Position numbers and translations under genes: made by a program. Of a stretch of DNA of 64,000 nucleotides, positions 8,996 through 17,844 are shown piece after piece. Under the pieces are notes generated by a model. It worked only from the letters and a program-made list of their open reading frames with translations. It had not been told where the DNA came from and did not search any database. The DNA is from an uncultured Desulfosarcina sp. (GTDB lineage Bacteria > Desulfobacterota > Desulfobacteria > Desulfobacterales > Desulfosarcinaceae): the NCBI GenBank assembly GCA_963674945.2, contig CAXXWQ010000004.1, forward strand, positions 3,072,001 through 3,136,000, in the 5' to 3' direction. Every line of letters begins with the position of its first letter. The first letter of the stretch is position 1.

Positions 8996-9558
8996 TGAGG
9001 CGCTTTTCCCATGGCTGATATCAGGTTTTGAAGATTATGCGTGGTGACGTCGATGCGCCGACGATCACCTGATTCTTCATAGAGGGGAAGAGCCTTGTGA
9101 TACAAATTGATCGCCTCTTCCATATCACCTCGTCTCGTATGAACATAAGCCATATTGGTATATTGATCGGCGATGCCAAGTTTATGATCGAGGTCTTCAT
9201 ATAAGGGCAGCGCCTCGAAATAGGCCTCCATGGCTTTTTCATATAGTTCCATATTGCGATAGGTGGAACCGATGTTACCCCACATCTCGGCCATTTGAAG
9301 CTTCTTGCCCAACCGCCCAAACAATTCCAGCGCTTTAAGAAAATGTACCAGCGCATCCTCGTTTCGGCCCATCCCGGACTGAATCAGCCCCACATTGTTC
9401 AGCGTCTTTGCCTGACCGTAGTAATCTTGCAGTACGGCAAACGTATCAGCGTTTTTTAAATAGAGCGTCAACGCTTTTTGGTGATCACCGGCCAACAGAC
9501 ACTTGTCCGCTTCAATATTGATCTGGGCTGATTCGCCCGGCTGGTCTTTTTTCGTCAT
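8992..9558 (-). CDS. Tetratricopeptide repeat protein
   Basis: Repeated TPR units (LNNVGLI..., WGNIGST..., YTNMAYV...). Start uncertain (9558 or 9633). Confidence 0.75.
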   Translation of the reverse strand: MTKKDQPGESAQINIEADKCLLAGDHQKALTLYLKNADTFAVLQDYYGQAKTLNNVGLIQSGMGRNEDALVHFLKALELFGRLGKKLQMAEMWGNIGSTYRNMELYEKAMEAYFEALPLYEDLDHKLGIADQYTNMAYVHTRRGDMEEAINLYHKALPLYEESGDRRRIDVTTHNLQNLISAMGKAPQ

Positions 9559-9616
9559 CGCTGATTTACGGTCTCTTCCATGTCTTCTTCTGTTACCGTT
9601 TTTTGCCGATAGGGTG

Positions 9617-11272
9617 CTACTTTTCCTTGGCAAGATGATTCATGGCGATATATCCGAAGGTGCAGGTTGGACCGAGGGTGGATCCCGGCCCCGGGTATGT
9701 CTGTCCCATAACGGAAGCCGAGTTGTTACCCGTGCAATAGAGTCCTTCGATTATAGAGCCGTCTTCCCGCAATACCCGGGCATGTTCATCGGTCAACAGG
9801 CCTCCTTTGGTTCCCAAATCGCCGGGATAAAACTTGATTGCGTAGAAAGGAGCTTTTTCAAGGGGCGCCAGATTGGCATTTGGCAAAACCCGGGGATCGC
9901 CGTAGTAGCGATCGTATATATCATTGCCCCGCTTAAAATCATCATCGAGGCCCTGGTGGGCAAAACTATTGAATCGTTTGACGGTTTTTACCAGATTCTC
10001 TTTATTGATGTTGCATTTGCCGGCAAGTTCTTCAATGGTGTCGGCCTTTATCAGGGTACCGTTCTTGGTATATTTACCCGGCGTAACACCCGGCAACATC
10101 ATTCCAAACATAAACTTTTTTCGGTATGTTTTATCAAAGATCAGCCATGAGGGAATCGCTCCTCCCACCCTGGCTTCTCGGTCCAGCATCGCACGGCCGA
10201 AATCGACATAAGAGGTAGATTCATTGACATAACGCTCACCTGAGTGGTCCACAAGAATGGCACCGGGAAATGAACGTTCATGCACGGAAAACATGACTTT
10301 TCCATCCATGATGTATGAACCGCCCCACCATGCCATTTCCATCAAATCCAGCTTGGCTCCAACTTTTTCGCCGGCCTGATGGACATCACCGGTATTTCCT
10401 GGACACGCGGAACTCCAGTCTGCTCCAATAGGCTGGTATTTGCGTCTGTATTCATCACCCTTTGCGAAACCGCCGGCTGCCAACAGGATACCTTTTCTGG
10501 CCTGCACGTTGATCAGCTTTCCTTCTTTTTCGACGGTAACGCCCACTGCGCGACCATCTTCCATGATGATGTCTTTCATGGGACTGTTCAACCATATTGG
10601 AGTCTGGTAATTTGATTGCAAAATGTACATGAGTTGCCCTGCCAGACTCCTTCCGATGCCAAGGGGATACCTACCGGTCAAACCCCACCCAATGGCGATT
10701 CCCACTACTTTCATGGCGGTCTTGAAACCTTTCCAGGTTTGAAAGACCAGTGGCAACAGATATGCTTGGGCCGAATGAACCGGAACATTCGCCATCCCCG
10801 GCATATTACCCAGCGATTTGCATAGCTTGCCGAGTTTTCTGCCGTTAAAAATCGCGCCTTCGATACACCTGCCGACTTTGCCACCGAGTTTTTCCGGGTA
10901 GTAATCCGGGTAAAATTCGGCCTGAATCCATTGAAACCCCATATCCCGTAACATTTCCACCATCAGCGGTGCATTTTTGACATAGGCTTCTTTTCTTTCT
11001 CTGGAACTGGCCGGTCCGACATCATCGATAACCTCTTCCATATACTGCAAGGCTTCTTCTTCCGAATCCAGCAGCCCTCTTTCCCGCATCAAGAAATTAT
11101 TGGGGATCCATAGTCCTCCACCGGAAAATGCGCTAGAACCGCCCCATGTATCGAGTTTTTCAAGAACCAGCGCCTTCAGACCATTTTTTTCAGCGGTAAT
11201 TGCCCCGGTAAGAGCGCCTCCGCCCGAACCCACAACAACAACATCATAAGTTGAATGCCAGTCAGTCGCCAT
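9617..11272 (-). CDS. FAD-dependent 3-oxosteroid 1-dehydrogenase (KstD)-like oxidoreductase
   Basis: VVVGSGGG, GGSSAFSGGGLWIPNN, YPDYYPE, VNESTSY, GDLGTKGGL, YPGPGSTLG. GGAGGT RBS before MATDW. Confidence 0.85.
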   Translation of the reverse strand: MATDWHSTYDVVVVGSGGGALTGAITAEKNGLKALVLEKLDTWGGSSAFSGGGLWIPNNFLMRERGLLDSEEEALQYMEEVIDDVGPASSRERKEAYVKNAPLMVEMLRDMGFQWIQAEFYPDYYPEKLGGKVGRCIEGAIFNGRKLGKLCKSLGNMPGMANVPVHSAQAYLLPLVFQTWKGFKTAMKVVGIAIGWGLTGRYPLGIGRSLAGQLMYILQSNYQTPIWLNSPMKDIIMEDGRAVGVTVEKEGKLINVQARKGILLAAGGFAKGDEYRRKYQPIGADWSSACPGNTGDVHQAGEKVGAKLDLMEMAWWGGSYIMDGKVMFSVHERSFPGAILVDHSGERYVNESTSYVDFGRAMLDREARVGGAIPSWLIFDKTYRKKFMFGMMLPGVTPGKYTKNGTLIKADTIEELAGKCNINKENLVKTVKRFNSFAHQGLDDDFKRGNDIYDRYYGDPRVLPNANLAPLEKAPFYAIKFYPGDLGTKGGLLTDEHARVLREDGSIIEGLYCTGNNSASVMGQTYPGPGSTLGPTCTFGYIAMNHLAKEK

Positions 11273-11301
11273 GAATTGTATACCTCCACCCCGTTTTATT
11301 G

Positions 11302-11335
11302 AAAAGACCCCCAATCCATTGATTAGGGGTCTTTT
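11302..11335 (-). terminator. Intrinsic terminator-like hairpin between the GRE and KstD-like genes
   Basis: AAAAGACCCC-caatccattgatta-GGGGTCTTTT. Confidence 0.6.
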
Positions 11336-11420
11336 TACGCCTTTTCAATTACTATTCGTTCAATCAACATCAGCGAGAAAGAGCGTAGATTAACTTAATT
11401 TTTCCATCAAATCCTCTGTC

Positions 11421-13937
11421 TTACATCGCGTGTTCCGTTCTGGAAATGATCTCGTCCCGAACTTCCGGTGTGAGCTCGGTCCAGTAGGCGCTGTATCCCG
11501 CAACCCTGACTACCAGATCCTTGTAGTTCTCCGGATGTGCTTTGGCATCCAGCAGGGTCGCCGTGTTCAGGATGTTGACCTGAACCTGGGAGCCGCCTTT
11601 GGCAAAATAGGTGTCCAGAAGGGCACGAAACTTCTGTTTGCCATCGTTGGTTCCGAGAACGCCCGCGGAAAACTTCATGTTCAACAGCGTGCTTTGCATA
11701 CCCATTGTGTCGCACTTGGCCGCAGAGTTCAGGACGGCTGTTGGGCCGCTCTTGTCGTAGCCACGCACGGGAGACAAGGAGCCATCGGCCAGCGGCTCGC
11801 CATGTTTTTTACCATTGGGCAACGCGCCGGTAACCGGGGCCACCCACTGCGCCCAGGCCGCGCCTTGTCGGAATATTACCGGTGCACGGTCGTATTGATC
11901 CCGATATTCCAAAGCCCTGTCTCTGGTCCAGGACCAAAGGTATGCCATCATCTCATCGGGCTCTTCCAGGTCGTTGCCATACTTGGGATAATCCATCAGC
12001 TTTTTGCGCAGGTCTTCATGGCCTTCGAAGTCGGCTTCCATGGCCTTGAGCAGTTCTTCCATGGTGCAGATTTTGTCTTCGAATATCGCGTGTTTAATGG
12101 CAATCAGGCAGTCGGCGGTATCGGAGATGGCCCGGTCAACAAAGTGGCCGCCTTCGAGTTCCATGAAGTATTTGTCACCACCGCGGCTCAGGTCCTTGCC
12201 ATTTTCGATACACCCTTCCAGCCAGGCCGAAGCGAACGGCATGTAGGCGGTCTCCTGGTCGAAATGCGGACACATGGCGGCATACATGTTCATGTGGAAA
12301 TCATAGTTGAACATGACCTGCTCCTTGTAGGCAGCCACCACTTCTTCGAAGGTCGCGAATTCCCTCGGGTCTCCTGTGTCCGGCCCTAGCTTCATTTTCG
12401 AGTCCGGATCCACACCACGGTTCAGCGCCATCTGAAGCAGTTTGGCATGATGGACAAATCCGGGACCCGGTCCGGGCGTCCAGGCCCATGATTTACCATA
12501 GGCGGTATTGACGCAGCCGGCCATGGACCAATCCCGGGCATCCTCATGGGAGACCCCCCGGCTCATCAGCCACTCCATGTTATTGCGGTCATTGAACCAT
12601 GCCGGAATGCCGGCGCCGTGGTTCTTGTTGCACTCGATGGCCGCATCCAGGAACTCGGGTTTCGTGGCATGGTGATAGCGGATGGAGATATGCGGCTGGT
12701 GGGTTTTGAGCTGTCCAGCCACATGCAGCACCAGACAACCGAATTCATTGGAATTGTCTCTGCCCCTTCGGTCGATTCCGCCGAGGGTAACGTTGACGAT
12801 GTAATTGGCCTGGGCCACCGCCTGATGGTCCCGTTTGCCGGCCAGTCCGGCAAAGAGGAACGGCTCCAGCGAATCCCAGAAGAGAAAAATGTTCCCCATG
12901 AGTTCCGCCGCTTCCTGGCGGGTCAGGCGCCCCTCGTTGATGTCTTTCATGTAGAACGGGAACATATACTGATCGAACCTGGCGGCGTAGTGATTGGATA
13001 TCGCCTTTTCCATATCGTGTGCCACCGGAATGAACCAATAGGCCTGTAGTGCCTCACGGAAGGTCCTCGGCGGATTCACGGCGATCCATTCGCAGACATC
13101 GCCGATCTCTTTCAGCTCTTTCTTCCGCTTGGCGTTCTTTTCTTTCTTTGCCATCTCCCGGGCCACTTCGGCATGCCGCTGGATAAATCGCTGGAATCCC
13201 TTCTGCGCGATGATCATCGCCTCGAGCATGTGAATTCTGTCGTTGTCCTCAGTGGTGGTCTTCATTCCCTTGCGGCGAATCGTTGCAATCCGATCCTCGA
13301 TTTCGGCGATGATTCCGGGGGTGCCGATGGTCAGGTATTTTTCGAAGTCACACCCTAAAACCAGCGGTGCCACTTCGCCCGGAGGGGTAACGCCGCCCAT
13401 ATTCACCTTGGATGCCCCAAACTTGTTGCGCAAGCCGTCTCCGAAGGCCATTCCCACTTCATACGCCTTCTTATTGAGACCCATTTTGGACCAGTATTCG
13501 GCCGCAGCTTTGATATCCGCAAGGTCTTCATCGCTGAGCTCGGCGATTTGGGACTCGCTGCCGGCAGTGGCCATGCTCTCCCGGTGTTTGATAATCATCA
13601 AGGTCTGGTCCGGCGCCATACTGTGATTGGCAAAGGCACCGCGGTTGTGAGGCGTCGGTTTGCCAACAATGAGTTCACCCTCCCGGATGACGATGGGCAC
13701 CTTTTCAAAGAGAAGGGCCTCGGCCTTGGCCCGCCGGATGGCCGGATGCTTGCCCTCGGTCTCTTTATAAGACTCCAGGTGATATTTTGATCGTTCACCG
13801 GCGATGTGGACTCCGGACTCCCTCAGATTCTTCTTCATCATTTGAATCCTGTCCGTGAGCCCATTGGTCTTGTAGACTGCATCCAGATTGATCTTTTGCA
13901 GGTCGACCTTTGGTTCTTTCGTTGCTGCGCTTGCCAT
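11421..13937 (-). CDS. Glycyl radical enzyme (PFL-like superfamily), reaction unknown
   Basis: 838 aa. Gly loop LVVRVAGYSAYW, Cys loop WSMAGCVNT, ELIVG, RFDQYM.P, PKYGND, GPTAVL.S, EIISRTEH. Confidence 0.95.
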   Translation of the reverse strand: MASAATKEPKVDLQKINLDAVYKTNGLTDRIQMMKKNLRESGVHIAGERSKYHLESYKETEGKHPAIRRAKAEALLFEKVPIVIREGELIVGKPTPHNRGAFANHSMAPDQTLMIIKHRESMATAGSESQIAELSDEDLADIKAAAEYWSKMGLNKKAYEVGMAFGDGLRNKFGASKVNMGGVTPPGEVAPLVLGCDFEKYLTIGTPGIIAEIEDRIATIRRKGMKTTTEDNDRIHMLEAMIIAQKGFQRFIQRHAEVAREMAKKEKNAKRKKELKEIGDVCEWIAVNPPRTFREALQAYWFIPVAHDMEKAISNHYAARFDQYMFPFYMKDINEGRLTRQEAAELMGNIFLFWDSLEPFLFAGLAGKRDHQAVAQANYIVNVTLGGIDRRGRDNSNEFGCLVLHVAGQLKTHQPHISIRYHHATKPEFLDAAIECNKNHGAGIPAWFNDRNNMEWLMSRGVSHEDARDWSMAGCVNTAYGKSWAWTPGPGPGFVHHAKLLQMALNRGVDPDSKMKLGPDTGDPREFATFEEVVAAYKEQVMFNYDFHMNMYAAMCPHFDQETAYMPFASAWLEGCIENGKDLSRGGDKYFMELEGGHFVDRAISDTADCLIAIKHAIFEDKICTMEELLKAMEADFEGHEDLRKKLMDYPKYGNDLEEPDEMMAYLWSWTRDRALEYRDQYDRAPVIFRQGAAWAQWVAPVTGALPNGKKHGEPLADGSLSPVRGYDKSGPTAVLNSAAKCDTMGMQSTLLNMKFSAGVLGTNDGKQKFRALLDTYFAKGGSQVQVNILNTATLLDAKAHPENYKDLVVRVAGYSAYWTELTPEVRDEIISRTEHAM

Positions 13938-13994
13938 TTTACTCCTCCCTTATGCTGTAAAATCGTTGCAATGACAAAAACATTAAAATTATTA

Positions 13995-14010
13995 TGCAAA
14001 TTAGATGCCT
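13995..14010 (-). promoter_or_regulatory. sigma54 -24/-12 promoter of the GRE operon
   Basis: Minus strand AGGCATCTAATTTGCA, 58 nt upstream of the ATG. Confidence 0.75.
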
Positions 14011-14229
14011 GGCTTGGAAGTCAAGTGCTCACATCTGGGTAAATGCCCGTACCCGAACAAATTATTTTTAAAAATGAAATTCCAGTATCCCAATAAATTA
14101 AAATGTTTGCCATATTTTTAAAAAACTATCACAATACGGTGCGTAAAAACAGCAATTTTCAATATTATGCACGGTTATAAGTTAACATAAAGCAATCTGC
14201 AGCAGCACCGAAGCATTCTTCATCGCTCC

Positions 14230-14245
14230 GGTGCGCCAGCGCACC
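14230..14245. promoter_or_regulatory. Putative bEBP upstream activator site
   Basis: Perfect GGTGC-gccagc-GCACC. Degenerate sites at 14138-14153 and 14209-14224. Confidence 0.65.
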
Positions 14246-14282
14246 TGCCCCGGCTTTTCTTCCATTGGTGTTTTGCAACGGT

Positions 14283-15986
14283 TTATCCAGATGCGACACG
14301 ATACCTTTGAAGCTTTCTGACAACCGTTGAATGATGAATTCTCAGTTTATTGGCGATTTGCCTTACAGAACCACCTTGTCTGAGCGCTTCACGAAAAATT
14401 TCCTGTTCCATCAAATCTTGCGCTTCTTTTAATGGAATCAGGTTGTCCACCTTTACCTGGATCTCTGCTTCCGTTTTTTTATTGCGAGGGCGCATATCTT
14501 GCGGCAGGTGTTTCGTGTCGATTACTTTTTCATCGACCAGAACAACGAGTTGTTCGATCAGATGCTCTAGTTCTCTTACATTCCCAGGCCATTCATATTG
14601 TTCAAAAAATGGTATGATATTGTGATCGAGCTCTTTTGAACTGTGATATAAGCTGCAAAAATGCTTTAGAAAGTGTTGCGCAAGCGGCGCAATATCCTTT
14701 TTTCGTTCCTTTAACGGGGGGATTTGGATCGGAATCACACAAAGGCGATAGTAGAGATCCTGTCGGAAGCGCCCTTTTTGTACCAACTCCTTCACATCGC
14801 AATTGGACGCAACCAGTAAGCGGACATCTCCATGTTGAACCCTGGTTCCGCCAATTTTAATGAATTCCTTATTTTGTAAAAACCGAAGCAGCTTCGCCTG
14901 AAGTTGCATTGGAAGACTGTTAATCTCATCAAGGAACAAAGTGCCACCGTTTGCGGCTTCAATCAATCCTTGCTTGCCCTCCCTGGCTGCACCGGTAAAG
15001 GCTCCTTTTTCATAGCCGAAAAGTTCGGATTCAAGAAGCGATTCGGGGATGGCCGCGCAATTGACCTTCAGGAATGTGCGGTTCGATCGGGGGCCCATTC
15101 GATGAACAATTTCGGCAACAATCTCTTTCCCGACGCCTGTTTCACCGGTAATAAAAACATTGGAAACTGTTTTGGCAGCCTTTAGGGCAAGCCGCACAAC
15201 CTTTTCCATGTTCGGATCTACAATCACAATGTTGGGAAACGTTTTTTGGATTTCTTTTAATCCTCCTTTTCTTCTTGTTCCAGACGCCGATACAATGGAG
15301 TGAAATTCGTGTGAGATATGTTTGCCAAGAATTAATACCAGCACCCCGACGTTTTCTTTTCCATAATTTAGCGGATAATATTGGAGCACGACTGACGGAT
15401 CGTCTTTGTCATAGTGATATCGTAAAGGGATATTTTCCATCCATTGTTCTCTATCCGGAAGTACATTAATAATTTTATCAAGAGAAATTTTAAGAAGATT
15501 TTTTGTATTTGGATCGATAACTTCATTGAATGATTGATTTGCATAAATAAGCTGTTTGTCCGTCGATATCACGCCGACGCCAATATCCAATTGGTTTAAA
15601 ATCGAATGAAACATCTCGATTTCTTTCGCCAGACCGCGGATCACATCCACACGTCTTAAAATGCCTTGGTATTTTTCATTGGAATCCAATACAATCCGGT
15701 CAACTGGAAAATGAGCTGCATTTTCAAGTGGTTCATCAAGACCGATCGTGTTTATTCGACGCCTGAGGCAATCGGAAGGAATGGCGTGGTCGGGATCCGT
15801 CAATTGCATAAGATGATTGATTAGCTTAAAGACATCCAGAACGGCTGTCACATGATCTTTTGAATCAACAATAGGAATTTCCGTAAGTCGGTGCTTTGAA
15901 ATAGGTGCAGAAGCATCCATGAGATTTTGACCTTCACGGATATGCAACAACTCCTTTACATTTACATAATCTGATGTCGAGAACAA
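14283..15986 (-). CDS. sigma54-dependent transcriptional activator (CBS-like/PAS-like sensor, AAA+, HTH)
   Basis: [45 protein letters not shown]. No receiver domain. TTG start with GGAGG RBS. Confidence 0.9.
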   Translation of the reverse strand: MFSTSDYVNVKELLHIREGQNLMDASAPISKHRLTEIPIVDSKDHVTAVLDVFKLINHLMQLTDPDHAIPSDCLRRRINTIGLDEPLENAAHFPVDRIVLDSNEKYQGILRRVDVIRGLAKEIEMFHSILNQLDIGVGVISTDKQLIYANQSFNEVIDPNTKNLLKISLDKIINVLPDREQWMENIPLRYHYDKDDPSVVLQYYPLNYGKENVGVLVLILGKHISHEFHSIVSASGTRRKGGLKEIQKTFPNIVIVDPNMEKVVRLALKAAKTVSNVFITGETGVGKEIVAEIVHRMGPRSNRTFLKVNCAAIPESLLESELFGYEKGAFTGAAREGKQGLIEAANGGTLFLDEINSLPMQLQAKLLRFLQNKEFIKIGGTRVQHGDVRLLVASNCDVKELVQKGRFRQDLYYRLCVIPIQIPPLKERKKDIAPLAQHFLKHFCSLYHSSKELDHNIIPFFEQYEWPGNVRELEHLIEQLVVLVDEKVIDTKHLPQDMRPRNKKTEAEIQVKVDNLIPLKEAQDLMEQEIFREALRQGGSVRQIANKLRIHHSTVVRKLQRYRVASG

Positions 15987-16031
15987 TGTAGCCTCCTAAT
16001 GATGGAAAGATCAAGGCAACCTGCTATGTTG

Positions 16032-16183
16032 TGACGGCTTTGTAAAAAGTCCGATATCTGCGTTACGCTTCACCCCTCGTCACTGCGGCGTACTATATGT
16101 ACGACTCACTCCTCGTGGCTCGCAATCCTTGATCTCGAACTTTTTACAAATCCGTCCGAAATCCGACTTTTTACGAGTTCATC
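16032..16183. mobile_element. MITE-like miniature repeat element
   Basis: IR GACGGCTTTGTAAAAAGT (16033-16050) / ACTTTTTACAAATCCGTC (16139-16156, 1 mismatch). Second related end ACTTTTTACGAGTTCATC (16166-16183). Flanks GCTATGTTG / GCTATGCTG resemble a 9-bp target duplication. Confidence 0.7.
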
Positions 16184-16203
16184 GCTATGCTGACGGTTAA
16201 TTT

Positions 16204-16995
16204 TCAATAGCCTTTGAAAATCGGTTCGCGCTTTTCAAGATACGCGGTCATTCCTTCGAAAAAATCATCCGTTCCGGAGCTTTCGATGCTTGCCTCAAGC
16301 TCTTGCCTCAGGCTTTCGGCGATTGGTTTTTCTTTGCCTTTTTTTACCAGTTGTTTCATCGCCGAAACGGTTAATATTGCTTTGGCGGAAATCTTCCGGG
16401 CAATTTCAAGTGCGGTCGGATACACTTCTTCTACCGGCTTGATAAAATCAACGAACCCAAGCTGCAGCCCTTCTCGGGCGGACATTTCGTCGGTCGTATA
16501 CAAATAATAAAGCGCTCGACCTTGCGGTATCAATCTCGGCAGCCGTTGCGTAGCACCTCCTGCGGAGACGACCCCAAATTTACATTCAGGAAACCGAAAT
16601 GTAGCGTCCTTGTTCGCAACGCGAATGTCGCAAACCATGGCCAACTCACACCCATTTCCGGCAGCATGGCTGTTAATTGCGCAAATAGTGGGCTTCGGGA
16701 ACGCATCAATCCGATTGAAAACAGTATGAATCTGGGTAAAATAGACTTTTATCTGATTCCGTTCTCTTCTGGAAAGTGCATTAATGTCAGCCCCGGCAAC
16801 AAAGGCCCGTTTTCCCACCGCCGTTAGAATGACGGCATGCACATCATTATCTGTTTCCAGGTCATTAAACGCACACTCGAGTTCGGAAAGCATTTCAAAC
16901 GTTAACGCATTGACAGGTGGATAATTGATAACAACCGTTGCAATTCCAGGTTCATCATGCGTGATCGTTACAATTTTCTGATTTTTTTCAGCCAA
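16204..16995 (-). CDS. Enoyl-CoA hydratase/isomerase (crotonase family)
   Basis: AFVAGADI, GNGCELA, FPECKFG. TTG start with AGGAG RBS. Confidence 0.88.
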   Translation of the reverse strand: MAEKNQKIVTITHDEPGIATVVINYPPVNALTFEMLSELECAFNDLETDNDVHAVILTAVGKRAFVAGADINALSRRERNQIKVYFTQIHTVFNRIDAFPKPTICAINSHAAGNGCELAMVCDIRVANKDATFRFPECKFGVVSAGGATQRLPRLIPQGRALYYLYTTDEMSAREGLQLGFVDFIKPVEEVYPTALEIARKISAKAILTVSAMKQLVKKGKEKPIAESLRQELEASIESSGTDDFFEGMTAYLEKREPIFKGY

Positions 16996-17164
16996 TTGGC
17001 TCTCCTCTTGCTATTGTTCATCGAATGATCACCGTTTCGGGAACGTTTACTATGGAATTGCATCGGTGTTGATCACAGGCATGATATGCCTCAATAATCC
17101 TCTCAGTAAATATCGTAATACCAAGTCATTGTGGGATGCCCATACATTGAACCGAATTCAGAAT

Positions 17165-17325
17165 GGTGCAACATTCCACCATATATCGAAAAGAAGAAAA
17201 TAAATCAATTGTAAATTCTAAAGGGATGGGTATAGAAATCTACCCATTTGCTCTATAACGATCTGTTTATTTACGAATTAATAAAAGTTCGGGGTGTTGC
17301 ATCGCAGTCGATGCAAAAATGCACC
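17165..17325. promoter_or_regulatory. Two putative bEBP sites upstream of the crotonase-activator operon
   Basis: GGTGC-aacatt-CCACC (17165-17180) and GATGC-aaaaat-GCACC (17310-17325). Confidence 0.6.
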
Positions 17326-17362
17326 GGAAAACGATTCGAGGAGAGCAGGTTGGAAATAAAGC

Positions 17363-17388
17363 AGGGGGCCTGATGATGCAGGCCCCCT
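17363..17388 (-). terminator. Intrinsic terminator after the OB-fold gene
   Basis: AGGGGGCCTG-atgatg-CAGGCCCCCT. Confidence 0.7.
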
Positions 17389-17411
17389 TTTGTGGATTCG
17401 CTACTTTGTAT

Positions 17412-17819
17412 TTAACAAAGACTAAATAAGGGGCGGGCGGCCTCACCAAAGTAATAGGTGTCGCCGGGAAATACTTTGTGACCCAGTGTCACCCGGCGTC
17501 CGATGACATCCATCGTGACCTTGGCCGGGTCTATACCAACCAGGTTTCCGGATATCCATGGACCTTCGTCAAGGCAAACCATCACAATGGTATATGGGGC
17601 TTCGACTTCACGCCCCAATGGCACGACATGACTGGTGGTGAACGTCTTGATTTCCCCTTCACCGCTGAGCTCGACGATCTCCTGATCGGTACTCGCGCAT
17701 TCCTGGCAGGCCATCGTCGGTGGACAGGTAATGGTGCCGCATGATTTGCACTTGAGTCCGAGAAGCTGGTTTTTCTTCAGCGCATCGCTATATGTACGAA
17801 AATCGATTTTGTATTTCAT
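17412..17819 (-). CDS. Zn-ribbon OB-fold protein (DUF35 family, thiolase partner)
   Basis: CKSCG...PP...CQEC, APY.I.MV.LDEGP. Adjacent to the thiolase. Confidence 0.88.
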   Translation of the reverse strand: MKYKIDFRTYSDALKKNQLLGLKCKSCGTITCPPTMACQECASTDQEIVELSGEGEIKTFTTSHVVPLGREVEAPYTIVMVCLDEGPWISGNLVGIDPAKVTMDVIGRRVTLGHKVFPGDTYYFGEAARPLFSLC

Positions 17820-17844
17820 CCTTTATATCCTCTATCAAACCGGG

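Noticed and set aside
11421..13937. Calling the GRE pflB, cutC, hypD or bssA
   Set aside because: The GCVN Cys loop matches none of their signatures, and no cognate accessory genes are present.
17040..17165. Expected sigma54 promoter for the crotonase-activator operon
   Set aside because: No GG-N10-GC found on the minus strand, only an AGGCAT-gat-ATGCCT palindrome.
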